The translations under genes and the position numbers were made by a program. A stretch of 64,000 nucleotides of DNA from contig OZ024756.1 of assembly GCA_964016885.1 (NCBI GenBank), positions 30,194,001-30,258,000 on the forward strand, written 5' to 3'. Shown one piece after another: positions 1-15,044 of this stretch. Every line of letters begins with the position of its first letter. Positions within the stretch are counted from its first letter, which is position 1. The notes under the pieces were generated by a model. It was not told the DNA's origin and searched no databases. It worked only from the letters and a program-made list of their open reading frames with translations. The DNA comes from Eledone cirrhosa. Lineage: Eukaryota.

Positions 1-180
1 AATAGAGAGGAGAGGAGAGAGAGAGAGAGAGAGAGAGAGAAAGGGGAAAGAGTGAGACAGAGAGAGAGAGTGAAAGAGTGGAAGAATGGGGGGGGGGGAG
101 GAGAGTGGGGGAGCTAGAAAGAAGAGGAAGAAGAGAAAGATATTTAGAATACAGTTCAATTGTTAATATGGACGTTTACA

Positions 181-765
181 TATGTGTGTATGTGTGGGTG
201 TGTCAGAGTGTGTATGTGTGGGTGTGTCAGAGTGTGTATGTGTGGGTGTGTCAGAGTGTGTATGTGTGGGTGTGTCAGAGTGTGTATGTGTGGGTGTGTC
301 AGAGTGTGTATGTGTGGGTGTGTCAGAATGTGTATGTGTGGGTGTGTCAGAGTGTGTATGTGTGGGTGTGTCAGAGTGTGTATGTGTGGGTGTGTCAGAG
401 TGTGTATGTGTGGGTGTGTCAGAATGTGTATGTGTGGGTGTGTCAGAGTGTGTATGTGTGGGTGTGTCAGAGTGTGTATGTGTGGGTGTGTCAGAGTGTG
501 TATGTGTGGGTGTGTCAGAGTGTGTATGTGTGGGTGTGTCAGAGTGTGTATGTGTGGGTGTGTCAGAGTGTGTATGTGTGGGTGTGTCAGAATGTGTATG
601 TGTGGGTGTGTCAGAGTGTGTATGTGTGGGTGTGTCAGAGTGTGTATGTGTGGGTGTGTCAGAGTGTGTATGTGTGGGTGTGTCAGAGTGTGTATGTGTG
701 GGTGTATCAGAGTGTGTATGTGTGGGTGTCAGAGTGTGTATGTGTGGGTGTATCAGAGTGTGTAT
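181..765. repeat. 24-bp minisatellite (GTGTGTATGTGTGGGTGTGTCAGA)n, about 24 copies
   Basis: Near-perfect tandem unit read directly; it explains the SVYVWVCQ-type ORFs. Confidence 0.95.
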
Positions 766-1216
766 TTATGTGTATGTGTATGTATGTGTGAGTGTTTCAT
801 ATTGTGTATGTTTATGTATGTGTGTGTATGTGTGTGTATGTATGTGTGTGTATGTGTATGTATGTGTGGATGTATCATGTTGTGTATGTTTCTGTATGTA
901 TATATGTCTATATATATATGGGTGTGCCGGAGTGTGTATGTGTATGTATGTTTCTGTATGTGTATGTGTATGTTTATGTATGTATGTGTATGTATGTGTA
1001 TGTATGTATGTGTATATATGTTTGTGTATGTATGTATGTGTGTGTATGTGTATGTATGTGTATGTATGTGTATGTATGTTTGAAAGCTTTGCACCAGATG
1101 ACAGTTGGAAATGAGAAAGGAAACGAGGCTATATCTATTCAGGTATGAACCTATATTTCTTTGTATGTATGTATATATGTATATATGTATATATGTATGT
1201 ATATATTCATGTACAC

Positions 1217-1261
<45 letters not shown>

Positions 1262-1393
1262 TATGTGTGAGTACGTTTGTGTATTTACATTGTTTTAGGA
1301 TTTTAGTTTACCTTTCATCAGCAATTTTATAGACTCAAACAATGACGCTATCTCTACCCCCCCCCGTCCACCCTCTCTCTCTAAACACACACT

Positions 1394-1480
<87 letters not shown>

Positions 1481-1529
1481 GTATAATATATTTATGTCTG
1501 TGAAAATATCTGTGTACATGTATATATAC

Positions 1530-1602
<73 letters not shown>

Positions 1603-1606
<4 letters not shown>

Positions 1607-1742
1607 AACGAGTAGGGTCCCCGACGGCTGAGCTCAAACCGTCGGGGTCCTACTCGTTCCTATTACCCACTCTACTACCCTAAGTATTGAGTACTTTGGT
1701 GCGTTATGGTCCACCTGGTTCCTTACCACATTTCCTACGTTA
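1603..1742 (+). mobile_element. Family H PLE-like terminal module, fold-back form, in (TA)n
   Basis: ATAGGAACGAGTAGG..CCCGACGG-CTGAGCTCA-..CCGTCGGGG-TCCTACTCGTTCCTAT inverted repeat, then ACTCTACTACCCTAAGTATTGAGTAC tail. Homologous to 7378, 12074, 61396 and 62172. Small fragment also at 1881-1906. Confidence 0.75.
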
Positions 1743-1847
1743 TATATATATATATATATATACATATATACATATATACATACATATATACATAATATAT
1801 CTCTCTATCTATCTATCTTTCTTTATCGCTCTCTCCTCCTGTCTCCT

Positions 1848-1878
<31 letters not shown>

Positions 1879-1908
1879 TTGCCGTCGGGGTCCTACTCGT
1901 TCCTATAC

Positions 1909-1941
<33 letters not shown>

Positions 1942-2419
1942 CATATATATATATATACATATACAAATATATGCACACTGATGCGACTAACACCCTACCC
2001 CCCCTACACAACTACACAACTACACAAACACAAAAACGTGCAAATCGACACGAATATGTCATTACCAAAAGCATTATTTTCTGTAATGGAGACAAAAGCC
2101 TCTCTTATCATTATTTGGGACCCGCGTAAATCTAGCGATGACATCACCCCTCTAATGGGATAACAATTGTACAGAGCCGGCTGTTAACAAACCTGAATCT
2201 GTAGGGGTCTTGTTCAATTAAGATCAATTAAAATCTTTAGAAATATACAGCCCCTGTTACTCTGCAATGTTGTCGAATGTTAGTGGGGTAGGCCTTGTTA
2301 TTTCAGGAGAAGGATTGTTTTATGTGGCGCCTCCGTTTAAATGAGGTGGTCGTAAAGCGAATCGGTCGGTAAACGAATTTATCAATTTTATCACCATCGC
2401 CACCACTTTCAGCAACCGC

Positions 2420-2623
2420 ATGATCATCCCGTCCTTCGATCATCCTCACCATCATCACCATCACCATCACCATCATCAATATCATCATAAGCATCATCAT
2501 AAACATCATAATCATCATCATCACCATCATCAACATCATCAACATCGTCATAAACATCATCACCATCATCATAAGCATCATCATCTCACTCATCATCATC
2601 ATCATCATCAATATCATCATAAC

Positions 2624-2658
<35 letters not shown>

Positions 2659-2662
2659 CTAC

Positions 2663-2700
<38 letters not shown>

Positions 2701-3025
2701 CTACCATTATCATCGTCATCATTACCATCATCAGCGTCATCACCATCATCCCAATTATTATCATCATCACCATCATCAACACCCTCATCATCATCATCAT
2801 CATCATCGTCATTACCATCATCATTACCATCATCAACGTCATCGTCACCATCATCATAACCATCACCACCATCATCATCAGCATCATCACCACCACCACC
2901 ACCGCCATCATCATCATCACAACCACCATAACCATCACGATCAGCACCACCATAATTATAACTATCATAACATCATAACCGGCATCATAACCACCATCAT
3001 CATCATCACCACCATCACCATAATG
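2420..3025. repeat. Degenerate (CAT/CAC)n microsatellite
   Basis: Direct reading; source of the poly-His and poly-Met ORFs. Confidence 0.95.
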
Positions 3026-3070
3026 ACTACTGAACGTAATACTACCATTACATTACAAGGTTTACACCTA

Positions 3071-3211
3071 ATCAAGCAGGTTTGTCTTGTAATAACCTTC
3101 CCCCTTTAACCAACAACACTACTAAACCTCAGTCGGGTTCAATCAAGCTGGTTTGTCTTGTAATAACCTTCCCCCTTTAACCAACAACACTACTAACCTC
3201 AGTCGGGTTCA
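3071..3211. repeat. Tandem duplication of about 70 bp
   Basis: AATCAAGC.GGTTTGTCTTGTAATAACCTTCCCCCTTTAACCAACAACACTACTAA(A)CCTCAGTCGGGTTCA occurs twice. Confidence 0.9.
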
Positions 3212-3362
3212 CAAGGTTAAAAAAAAAGGAGTTGTTTACTTATTCATGCTAAGACAAACAAGTGCAATGAGTGTTTTCACACGTCTCTTAATGTATTTAT
3301 TGGTTTCTAGACTCAGAAAATAACACAATAAAATACAATACAAAACGTAATAGAATATATAA

Positions 3363-3970
3363 TAATTGTTTCTACTTTTGGCACAAGGTCAGCAATTACT
3401 CAGTGCATTACTGGTACTTTATTTTATCGACCCCCGTAAGGATGAAAGGCAAAGTTAAGCTCGATGGGATTTGAACTCAGGACGTAAAGGGCCATAACCC
3501 TATGCTGCGAATCATGCCAATCGACTGATACTGCCAATCGACCAGCCTTAGAATATAATTGTTTCTACTTTTTGGCACAAGGCCAGCAATTCACCCAGTA
3601 CATTACTGGTACTTTATTTTATCGACCCCTTAAGGATGAAAAGCAAAGTCAACCTCGGCTGGATTTGAACTCAGATCGTACTTATAATATAATTGTTTCT
3701 ACTTTTTGGCACAAGGCCAGCAATTAACCAGTACATTACTGGTACTTTATTTTATCGACCCCTTAAGGATGAAAAGCAAAGTCAACCTCGGCTGGATTTG
3801 AACTCAGATCGTACTTATAATATAATTGTTTCTACTTTTTGGCACAAGGCCAGCAATTCACCCAGTACATTACTGGTACTTTATTTTATCGACCCCTTAA
3901 GGATGAAAAGCAAAGTCAACCTCGGCTGGATTTGAACTCAGATCGTAAAGGGACGTAACTATGCTGGATA
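3363..3970 (-). mobile_element. tRNA-derived SINE (dominant family): one full copy plus three tandem about 133-bp partial copies
   Basis: Reverse complement of the consensus with B box GAGTTCAAATCC, core GCCTTTCATCCTTACGGGGTCGATAAAATAAAGTACCAG and tail GCCAAAAGTAGAAACAATT. Confidence 0.9.
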
Positions 3971-4256
3971 TAATATAAAAAATAAAATTGTTTAAACAAT
4001 GTTCCAATTGGTCTTGCTGTCTTTAAAGTGTGTACTTGTTAACGCTGGTTTCATATCTTGTTGTTTGGAAGATGAGTGTATTCGTGAATTTGTGTATTAA
4101 TGTTTATATATGTATGTGTGTGTGTGTGTGTTTGAGTGTTTGTGTGCATACATACAGTACATACATACATATAAACATTCATAGATACATACATACATTC
4201 ATAGATGCATTCATACTTAGATACATTCATACATACATACATAAACATATAAATAA

Positions 4257-4318
<62 letters not shown>

Positions 4319-4494
4319 TTATATATACATATATATATATGTGTGTGTGTGTATATATATATTTTAATATATATATATGTACATATATATATTTATGTAT
4401 GTGTGTCTGTGTGTGAGTAGGTGTGTGTGTGTATATATACGTATGAATACACAACGAACATACACACACAAACACATACACACGCACACACACA

Positions 4495-4564
<70 letters not shown>

Positions 4565-4760
4565 TATATATATATATTTACACGTAAGTTATTTCTTTTC
4601 GCTCTCTCCGTGTTTACATTACAGTGTGTCATGTTTATATATCGGGGTTAGGGTGGGGGTGGGTGTCAGAGTGGGTAGAAGGTGAAGTTGGGAGCGGAAG
4701 AGTAGAGAGTTTGTAATTCAATTATTGGTTCTGTGGAAGTTGACCAGACAGAGTAATAAT

Positions 4761-5109
4761 TGTTTCTACTTTTGGCACAAGGCCAGCAATTATTTTATCT
4801 GACGAAAACGCAAATGCTATTGCATGATGATATTTGTTTTTGAAATGCGCATAATAAAATACATGGAACTCTTTTAACCATCTTTTGATCTTATATATTA
4901 TATATATATATATATAATTGTTTCTACTTTTGGCACAAGGCCAGCAATTATCCCAGTGCATTACTGGTACTTTATTTTATCGACCCTCCCTAAGGATAAA
5001 AGGCAAAGTTAACCTCGACGGGATTTGAACTCAGAATGGCAAGGGCCGTAACTCTATACGTTAAACCATGGCGTCCGACCCTCTACCGATACTGCCAATC
5101 CACCGCCCT
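4761..5109 (-). mobile_element. Dominant SINE with TSD CAGAGTAATAAT, interrupted by an HHR module
   Basis: Direct repeat CAGAGTAATAAT at 4749-4760 and 5110-5121 brackets the SINE; insertion at about 4793-4914. Confidence 0.85.
4791..4861 (+). ncRNA. Type I hammerhead ribozyme motif, family A
   Basis: Stem I TATTTTAT/ATAAAATA, core CTGACGA, long stem II, GAAA, palindromic stem III TGCGCA, cleavage triplet AUA. Confidence 0.8.
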
Positions 5110-5174
5110 CAGAGTAATAATAACATTAATAATAAGAAGAACAACAATAATTAAAAAAATAATGCTTTCTTTAT

Positions 5175-5522
5175 CTTTATTAACCACAAGGGTTTACATA
5201 AAATATAACATTAAGGACATCACAGGACGGTACAAATGGGCATTCCTGCGTGTAACGAAACCCCCCCCCCCCCCCAAAAAAAAAACACTATATCAAAGGC
5301 AGTAACAAAACAAAAAAATGAAACAAGAAATTTCCTTATAGGGGGAAGGAAGACCTCCGAGGGTCACTCGTGGTGAAAGCCTCACAAAAAGTCTCGGTGA
5401 CTCTGACCACCAGAGCAAGTACCTTCTCCCAGTTCTCCACCTCCAGTCTATAGGCGCATACTCAGAGCAGGGCCCATTCACTCGGGCTATGTTCACCTCT
5501 CTTGCCCATCTTTCAACAAGTG
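5175..5522 (-). mobile_element. L1/Tx1-like LINE 3' end fragment
   Basis: Minus strand reads LVERWAREVNIARV, like FVERWVNVARMVRV at 39005. The 3'UTR motif ACCTCCGAGGGTYACTCGTGG and CTGACCACCAGRGCAAG is shared with 38890-38960. Confidence 0.75.
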
Positions 5523-5529
5523 GAGGATA

Positions 5530-6180
5530 ATAATTGTTTCAACACATGGCACAAGGCCAGCAAATCCCCCAGTGCATTACTGGTACTTTATTTTATCGAC
5601 CCCGTATGGATGAAAGGCAAAATTAACTTCAGCGGGATTTGATCCTTGGTCCGTAAAGGGACGTAACTCTATGCCGGAAAGCATGGCGTCCGACCCTCTT
5701 CCAATACTGCCAATCCAAATAATTTACTTATTAACCACAAGGGTTTACATAAAGAAAAACATTAAAGACGGTACAGGACGGTAAAAATATATATTTCTGC
5801 ATGTATAAAAGGAAACACAGTAACAATAACAAAAGATGCACAGAAATGTTTCCTTTTTAACCGCACAGGGTTCATATTAAGAGGACAATAAGGACAGTAC
5901 TAGAGAGTACAGTACAGTGTGGTTTTTTGTGGAAAGGTTTATAAAGAAGACTATTAAAAATAAAACATAATAATGGTTTCTTATTTAGGCACAAGGCCAT
6001 CAATTTTTTTTTTTGGGGGGGGGGGGAGTCGATGTAATTGACCCCAGTGCGTGACTGGTACTTTATTTTATCGACCCCGTAAGGATGAAAGGCAAAGTTA
6101 ACCTCGGCGGGATTTGAACTCAGACCATAAAGGGTCGTAACTCTTCGCTGCAAAGTATGGCGTCCGACCATCTACCGATA
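5530..6180 (-). mobile_element. Two dominant-family SINE copies (5530-5718, 5970-6180) with Tx1-like 3' tails between them
   Basis: SINE core matches; TTAACCACAAGGGTTTACATAAA also occurs at 5180. Confidence 0.75.
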
Positions 6181-6416
6181 ACATAATAATAATGATAATG
6201 ATAATAACGATGATGATGATGAGGATGAATTTAATATGCTGCTGCTGCTGCTGCTGCTGCTTGTGATGGTGATGATGATAATATGAGAGGGAACAGAATT
6301 TGTTAGGTAAATAATCCTGACCTTTACATATCTGGGCAATCTTTGTTTTCAGTTATACATTTATGCATTTGTACACTCACATGCACACACACACATACAC
6401 CCCCCCCACACGCACA

Positions 6417-6453
<37 letters not shown>

Positions 6454-6610
6454 ATACTCACACACACACACACACATACACACACACACACAAACACACT
6501 CACACACACATACACACACAAACACACTCACACACACAACCCCCCCACACACACAAAGAAACCAAAAAACTAACACACGTTCTCATACAGAGTGACTAAT
6601 AACAAAATTC

Positions 6611-6657
<47 letters not shown>

Positions 6658-7377
6658 TAAATAGATAGATATAAAGATATATAATAGATATATAAAAACG
6701 AGGACGTTTCGTTTACATATAAAAGATATTTATTGCGTATCGATAGAATTTGATCCCAGTCCGTGTCAGCTATGACTGAATGTGATGGCCAACACAGTAA
6801 TACATTAGCAAATAAAATCCCTACGCGACAACACAATACCGCCAACCGATTGACTACTTAGATTACCACCATAGAGTAGTTTCAGTAGTTTGGACACCAA
6901 ATCTTCAGCGGAACTCTTTCGTCCTATACTACCGAATCAAAAGACATGGTGTTCGTAAGTCACCTCATTTCTTATATCAACTGTACTATCACTATTGCTC
7001 TTAAAATGTTATACTAATAATCCAAAGTACAGCTCTAAGTATAGGCTATAACTATTCATTGATTTTTTAAAGGGGTGCAATAGTAGAAGACGTTTGCCTT
7101 AATGAATGGATTTTTATAGGGTTTTTTCACGTGTAACCCTCGGAAATCTTCCCCGATTTGGAGTCATTTTTGACACAATGTTCTCATTAGCTCCTTTTAA
7201 TTGTTTTGTTTAATTGTTGAATTGTTTTCTTTATGTCCTTGTTAGTTCCCCTGTTGCATGTGAATGTACACTCTGAAATCTTTTAAATATTACTTCTCTG
7301 TAAGTCTTTGTGGTGAATAAAAGTTTATTATATACACACACGCGCACATACACACCCGCCCTATATATATATATATA

Positions 7378-7597
7378 TATAGGAAAATGTTTAACCCGAC
7401 GGCAGAGCTCAAGCCGTTTCGACAGCTATTTCTGGACTACATTCTGGACTAAATCGAATTAGTCCAGAAATAGAAGTCGAAACGGCTTGAGCTCTACTGT
7501 CGGGGTTAAACATTTTCCTATTACCCACTCTACTACCCTAAGTATTGAGTACTCTGGTGCGTTATGGTCCATCTGGTTCCTTACCACACCTCCTTTG

Positions 7598-7600
<3 letters not shown>
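7378..7600 (+). mobile_element. Family H fold-back module
   Basis: Inverted arms ATAGGAAAATGTTTAACCCGAC.../...GTCGGGGTTAAACATTTTCCTAT, centred on the TTCTGGACTAA/TTAGTCCAGAA hairpin; flanked by (TA)n. Confidence 0.8.
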
Positions 7601-7662
<62 letters not shown>

Positions 7663-7889
7663 CAATGCACCAACTATATTTGTTACGCATCATAGCTCAT
7701 GGATTAATATAGGAAGTGCCCTTTCATATGTATCTTGTATGTATGTATGTATGTATATTTCTAAGTATTTACGTATGTATGTACGTACGTATATCTGTAT
7801 ATATTTATGTACGCATGTATGCGTGTATGTATTTAAGCATGTATTTATGTATGTATGTACCTACGTACGTATGTAAGTACATACGTACG

Positions 7890-7928
<39 letters not shown>

Positions 7929-8016
7929 GGAGTTGCGACCGATAGATAGTATTAGCAACTGAAAAGACCAACGGAAACATTGTTTCCTCGGTCCGATTTG
8001 ACGAAAGTCGATCGAT

Positions 8017-8068
<52 letters not shown>

Positions 8069-8477
8069 TTATGAATGTATATGTGTGTGCGTGTGAATGT
8101 CAATTATGGGAAAAATACACGCTTAGCTTTATACATTAATCATTCTAGAACCTTCTATGGCGAGAGAAAGCCAACCAGTAAAATGTCAATATTTCACGCA
8201 TGACGTAATATTAAGCAAAGTGTGAATGAGGTTATTTCAATTGTGGCAGTATCCATGTGCTCTGTATGATGATTCATTGGCAAGACATAATAATATGTAC
8301 ATTGAAAACTGGCGACTGTGATAACAATGGCAATGGGAGATAACTCTTTTGCCTGACAAGTATGCGCATGCGTACGTTTAATAAATGGATGCGAGATGAA
8401 TAATATATGATATTCATATATGCATGGTCTTTATGTTCTAATAATTTGGATTGGGTGATATTTTCTTATCAATATAT

Positions 8478-8552
<75 letters not shown>

Positions 8553-8605
8553 TATATATATATACACATATATATATATATACATATATATATGTATATA
8601 TACAT

Positions 8606-8856
<251 letters not shown>

Positions 8857-9361
8857 GAAATAAGAAGAAAAATAAAAAAATAAAATGATGCAACAAAGGA
8901 AAGGGAAAGAGAGGTGGGTGGGTGGGGAGGGGGGGGGGAGAGATGGAGGGATAGACTCTAAACTCCATCATGGGTGTTCATTCGGCCGTGTTCCGCAGTC
9001 AGAATGGCTGAGGCATTGCCACGGAGAATGGATATTACAGCCACTCACCCCAAGGGACTCCTTCAAATGAACATAGTCAAAAACCTGTGTTGAAGCTGTC
9101 AACTTTAAGCTAACAATGCATTCAAAATATATAATTCGTTCAACGCTTCGTAAATACGACTATATGTACAATAATACACAGGCACACACATACACACTGA
9201 AACACACTTGCATATATATATATATATATATATATAGTATGCTAGGGAAAGTATCAGGGGTGTATAACACTCCACTTATCCAGCAGGCAGTATGAGGTTA
9301 GCTCAATGTCTGAGGACAGAGCCGTAATGTTATTGCTTGTATGGTATGTAATTAACCTTTA

Positions 9362-9407
9362 TGCTCTGATGAGTCCCACTTATAGTGCGGATGAAACAAT
9401 GTTAGCA
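9362..9407 (+). ncRNA. Minimal type I hammerhead ribozyme motif, family B
   Basis: TGCT-CTGATGA-GTCCCAC TTATA GTGCGGAT-GAAA-C AAT G-TT-AGCA; stem I TGCT/AGCA; GUU site. Confidence 0.75.
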
Positions 9408-9450
9408 AGTAAAGATATGCATATGCTATAAGCGTTCTTTGTTATTTATT

Positions 9451-9499
<49 letters not shown>

Positions 9500-9504
<5 letters not shown>

Positions 9505-9791
9505 CCGAAGTAAAAGCAAAAGAAAAAGAGTGCTCTATGTATAGAACAGAGCTATTTAATTAGAAAGTGAACAACACAAAATATAACTACTCCATTACCA
9601 AAGGTTTCTGGTTCCCAGACAATATTAATATACGCCTGGATCGGTCATCAGACAGATGTTATGGTTAGAAAATATTTTCTATCCATAACATCTCTAACTG
9701 ATGAACGATCCAGGCGTATATTAATATTGTCTGGGAACCAGAAACTTTTGGGAATGGAGTAGTTATATTTAGTGTTGTTCACTTCCAAATT
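9500..9791. mobile_element. Family C HHR module as an about 115-bp-arm inverted repeat in (TA)n
   Basis: Arms 9557-9672 and 9673-9791. Minus-strand HHR at 9591-9656 (CTGATGA...GAAA CC TTT GG TA). The plus copy has lost U16.1. Confidence 0.75.
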
Positions 9792-9794
9792 ATA

Positions 9795-10784
<990 letters not shown>

Positions 10785-10937
10785 TTATCCCGGGGTACAA
10801 TCAGTCGGGGGGTAACCAGTTAGTAAGTTACCCAATACATTAGTAGAGTTTAAACATCAAGTTTAATATAGAAATGGCTTCTATAGGACTAGAACTGTTT
10901 CATTCAAAAGAAATCATCCTGATGTTGTCCTCTGATA
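10785..10937 (-). mobile_element. Family E module with degenerate HHR core
   Basis: Homologous to 43293-43470 and 52168-52372; the core reads AGGATGA. Confidence 0.65.
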
Positions 10938-10972
10938 TATACATACATAGAGTATATATATATATATATACC

Positions 10973-11068
<96 letters not shown>

Positions 11069-11096
11069 TGTATATATATATATATATATATATATA

Positions 11097-11260
11097 GCTA
11101 ACTCTACTTCTGATGAGCCAACTAGACATATGTTAATATTGTCTAGGGTACTGAAACTTTTGGAAATGGAATAGTTCTATACTGTGTTGTTTACTTACTC
11201 ATTAAAAAGCTCTGTATTATACATAGAGCACTCTCTTTTCCATTGATTTTCTTTGTAATT
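11097..11260 (+). mobile_element. Family C module with degenerate HHR
   Basis: CTGATGA at 11110, GAAA at 11153, U16.1 replaced by A, GCTCTG..CATAGAGCACTCT tail. Confidence 0.65.
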
Positions 11261-11600
11261 AATATATATATACATATATATATATTATATATATATATAT
11301 ATATAATATATATATATATGCATATATGTGTATGTGTCTGTGTCTATGTGTGTATGTGTGTGTATGTGTTTGTACCTGTGTGTGTCTGCGTGTGTCTGTA
11401 ATGTAGAAATGTCCCCGTCTCTCCTCATTCGTTCCCTGTCTAAGGTTTGGGAATTAATTTCTTTATATCTATAATTGATTGAACTCATTATCACCTAATT
11501 GGTGTCTATTCAATAGATTCAATATAAATATATATATATACATACATACACATACATACACATACACATACATACATACATACATACATACATACATACA

Positions 11601-11671
<71 letters not shown>

Positions 11672-11977
11672 GTGCATATATATATATATATATATACATA
11701 TGTGCATATATACATATATATATATATAAATATATGTATGTATGTATATAAATGAATGTATATCTTGTATTCCTACCACACTTAATTATTACACTTCACT
11801 TCATTTGATATCTTTAGAATAGCTTCTTATTTTCAAGGATGGTATTTTGTTTTGTTAATTCTTTCTTTTATACATTTAGTTTGTTTTTTTCTCTCGTTGA
11901 TGCTTTTAAATGTCTGTCTGAGAGGAGAGTATGACTAATAACACAATACCCATTATATATATATGAGTGTGTGTGTG

Positions 11978-12050
<73 letters not shown>

Positions 12051-12073
12051 GCATATATATATATATATATATA

Positions 12074-12261
12074 TAACGAAGGAAATGTGGTAAGGAACCA
12101 GGTGGACCATAACGCCCCAAAGTACTCAATACTTGAGGTAGTAGAGTGGGTAATAGGAACCATTAAGACCCCGACAGCTGAGCTCAAGCCGTTTCGACGG
12201 CTAATTCTCTAGAATTAGCCGTCGAAACGGCTTGAGCTCAGCTGTCGGGGTCTTACTGGTT

Positions 12262-12266
<5 letters not shown>
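12074..12266 (-). mobile_element. Family H fold-back module
   Basis: Inverted repeat centred on GCTAATTCT-CT-AGAATTAGC at about 12210; tail on the left; (TA)n flanks. Confidence 0.8.
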
Positions 12267-12327
<61 letters not shown>

Positions 12328-12331
<4 letters not shown>

Positions 12332-12729
12332 ATTTGTTGGGATTCAACAACCTTAAACATTTTTATAACTGATATAAAGTACTCAACAGATAAGTGGAGT
12401 AGATACACAATATATTAATAAATGGAATCTATATTCATAAAACCATATTTATTCTATTATATATATTTCAAGGGCAACCAAGGCAAATTATGGTGCGCTT
12501 TCATCAGATAAAATACAGATGTGTTTTATAAAAAATATTGACATACCCGGAAAAAAGACAACCTTAACGGTTGGAGCTTCCTGGATCTATCCAATATGTC
12601 AATATTTATTTATAAATCACATCTGTATTTTATCTGATGAAATCGCACCATAATTTGCCTTGGTTGCCCTTGAAATATATATAATAGAATAAATATGGTT
12701 TTATAAATATAGTTTCCATTTATTATTAT

Positions 12730-12732
<3 letters not shown>
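12328..12732. mobile_element. Family D HHR module with two inverted intact ribozyme motifs
   Basis: Minus 12451-12514 and plus 12627-12690: ATTTTAT-CTGATGA-stem II GCACCA/TGGTTGC-GAAA-TATATA-TA-ATAGAAT. Confidence 0.8.
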
Positions 12733-12769
<37 letters not shown>

Positions 12770-12796
12770 GATTTAATGCTCTGAAATAGCGATATA

Positions 12797-13055
12797 TATG
12801 TGAAGACAAACATAGAATATTCGAAAATATTCTGTATGTTTATAAAAACATTTTGAAGACCTAATCGCTATAGAATAGAATACGTCACGTATTACAATTT
12901 GAGATTCTCGATAAAAGCAAGGGAAGTAACCTACGCGTTTCATTCTTATTTGAAATCTCAAATTGTAATACGTGACGTATTCTATTCTATAGCGATTAGG
13001 TCTTCAAAATGTTTTTATAAACATACAGAATATTTTCGAATATTCTATGTTTGTC

Positions 13056-13062
<7 letters not shown>
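12797..13062. repeat. Near-perfect inverted repeat with about 107-bp arms in (TA)n
   Basis: 12800-12906 mirrors 12954-13060; on the minus strand the spacer contains GAATGAAACGCGTA. Confidence 0.85.
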
Positions 13063-13101
<39 letters not shown>

Positions 13102-13182
13102 AATATATATATATATATACATACACACACAAACAGACACACACATATATAAACATACGTTGGCTCACGCGCGTTCGCACAC

Positions 13183-13327
<145 letters not shown>

Positions 13328-13734
13328 ATATGTGTATGCATATATGAATACACACACATGTATATATTTAATGAAAGAAAATATACAAAATAGGCAAAAA
13401 ATACCAAGAAATTGATATAAAATCAGATGAGTTTAAAGGTATATTAATAGTGTGTCGCTTGAGAGAGTTGAAATGTGTTATTGTTGGTGTTTCGGACAAT
13501 GTCGTTCTTCGAAAATATATCTTTTGTCTAGTCAATGAAAAGTGTTCGCGTACAATATTCGAAAACGTTGCTATAACTATAGATTTTGATTCCAGAAAAT
13601 ATACAATTATATCTACATAAACAAAAATTAAATGACATTTGAAGACCAAAGCTACGTATTATAGTAATAACATGAAATATTTCTCGAAACTTTAAAATTA
13701 AAGCTATTAAGATATTTTAATATGTGTGAATCTG

Positions 13735-13783
<49 letters not shown>

Positions 13784-13832
13784 GTTTGTATATGTATAAC
13801 TTCCTCCATATATATATATATATATATGTATG

Positions 13833-14008
<176 letters not shown>

Positions 14009-14016
14009 TATTTATA

Positions 14017-14162
<146 letters not shown>

Positions 14163-14166
14163 TATT

Positions 14167-14225
<59 letters not shown>

Positions 14226-14247
14226 GTTTGTATATGTATAACTTCCT

Positions 14248-14323
<76 letters not shown>

Positions 14324-14371
14324 GGACAGACTCACACATATTAAAATTTCTTAATATCTTTAATTTTAAAG

Positions 14372-14448
<77 letters not shown>

Positions 14449-15044
14449 CGTGCGTATGTGTGTGCGTGCGTTTGTGTGTGTTTGTGTGTGTATGAGTATT
14501 TGCGTTGTTTATCTGATTGTTTACATATATTGATATATTACATACGTTGAGACACACACAAACACATACAAAAGTCATAAACTCACGTCCACTCAGATAC
14601 AAAACACTTCGACACAGGTACCCACATACAAATACACACACACAAACCCATATACTGAGACACACACACACACAAACAAATAGAAGTCCATACAATGCGA
14701 TACACAAACACACACCCACACAAAAACAGATATATAATTGATGTGAAAAGTATAATATTACTGATGGATATATCGATTTTGTTTGTATAATTAACAAGTT
14801 CTTATCATTTTAATATCATATAATGCGTCTGTGTCTTTATATAATATGCCAGTGCTTGCTACATATAGCTGTTTGTATCTCACAATATGTAATTTTATTA
14901 CATGATATAGCTATCTTTATTACACAATATGTAATTTTATTTTGTAATATGTCTACCTTTATTACATATTATGTAATTTTATTACACAATATTATCATGA
15001 TACCATGTTTTAGTATCTGTTTAGTATTTGATATTTGTGAAGAC

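Noticed and set aside
2420-3109. His-rich ORF
   Set aside because: (CAT)n microsatellite.
6868-6912. CTGAAGA-TTTGG/CCAAA-GAAA on the minus strand
   Set aside because: Extra bases before GAAA and no stem I or III; at best a decayed motif.
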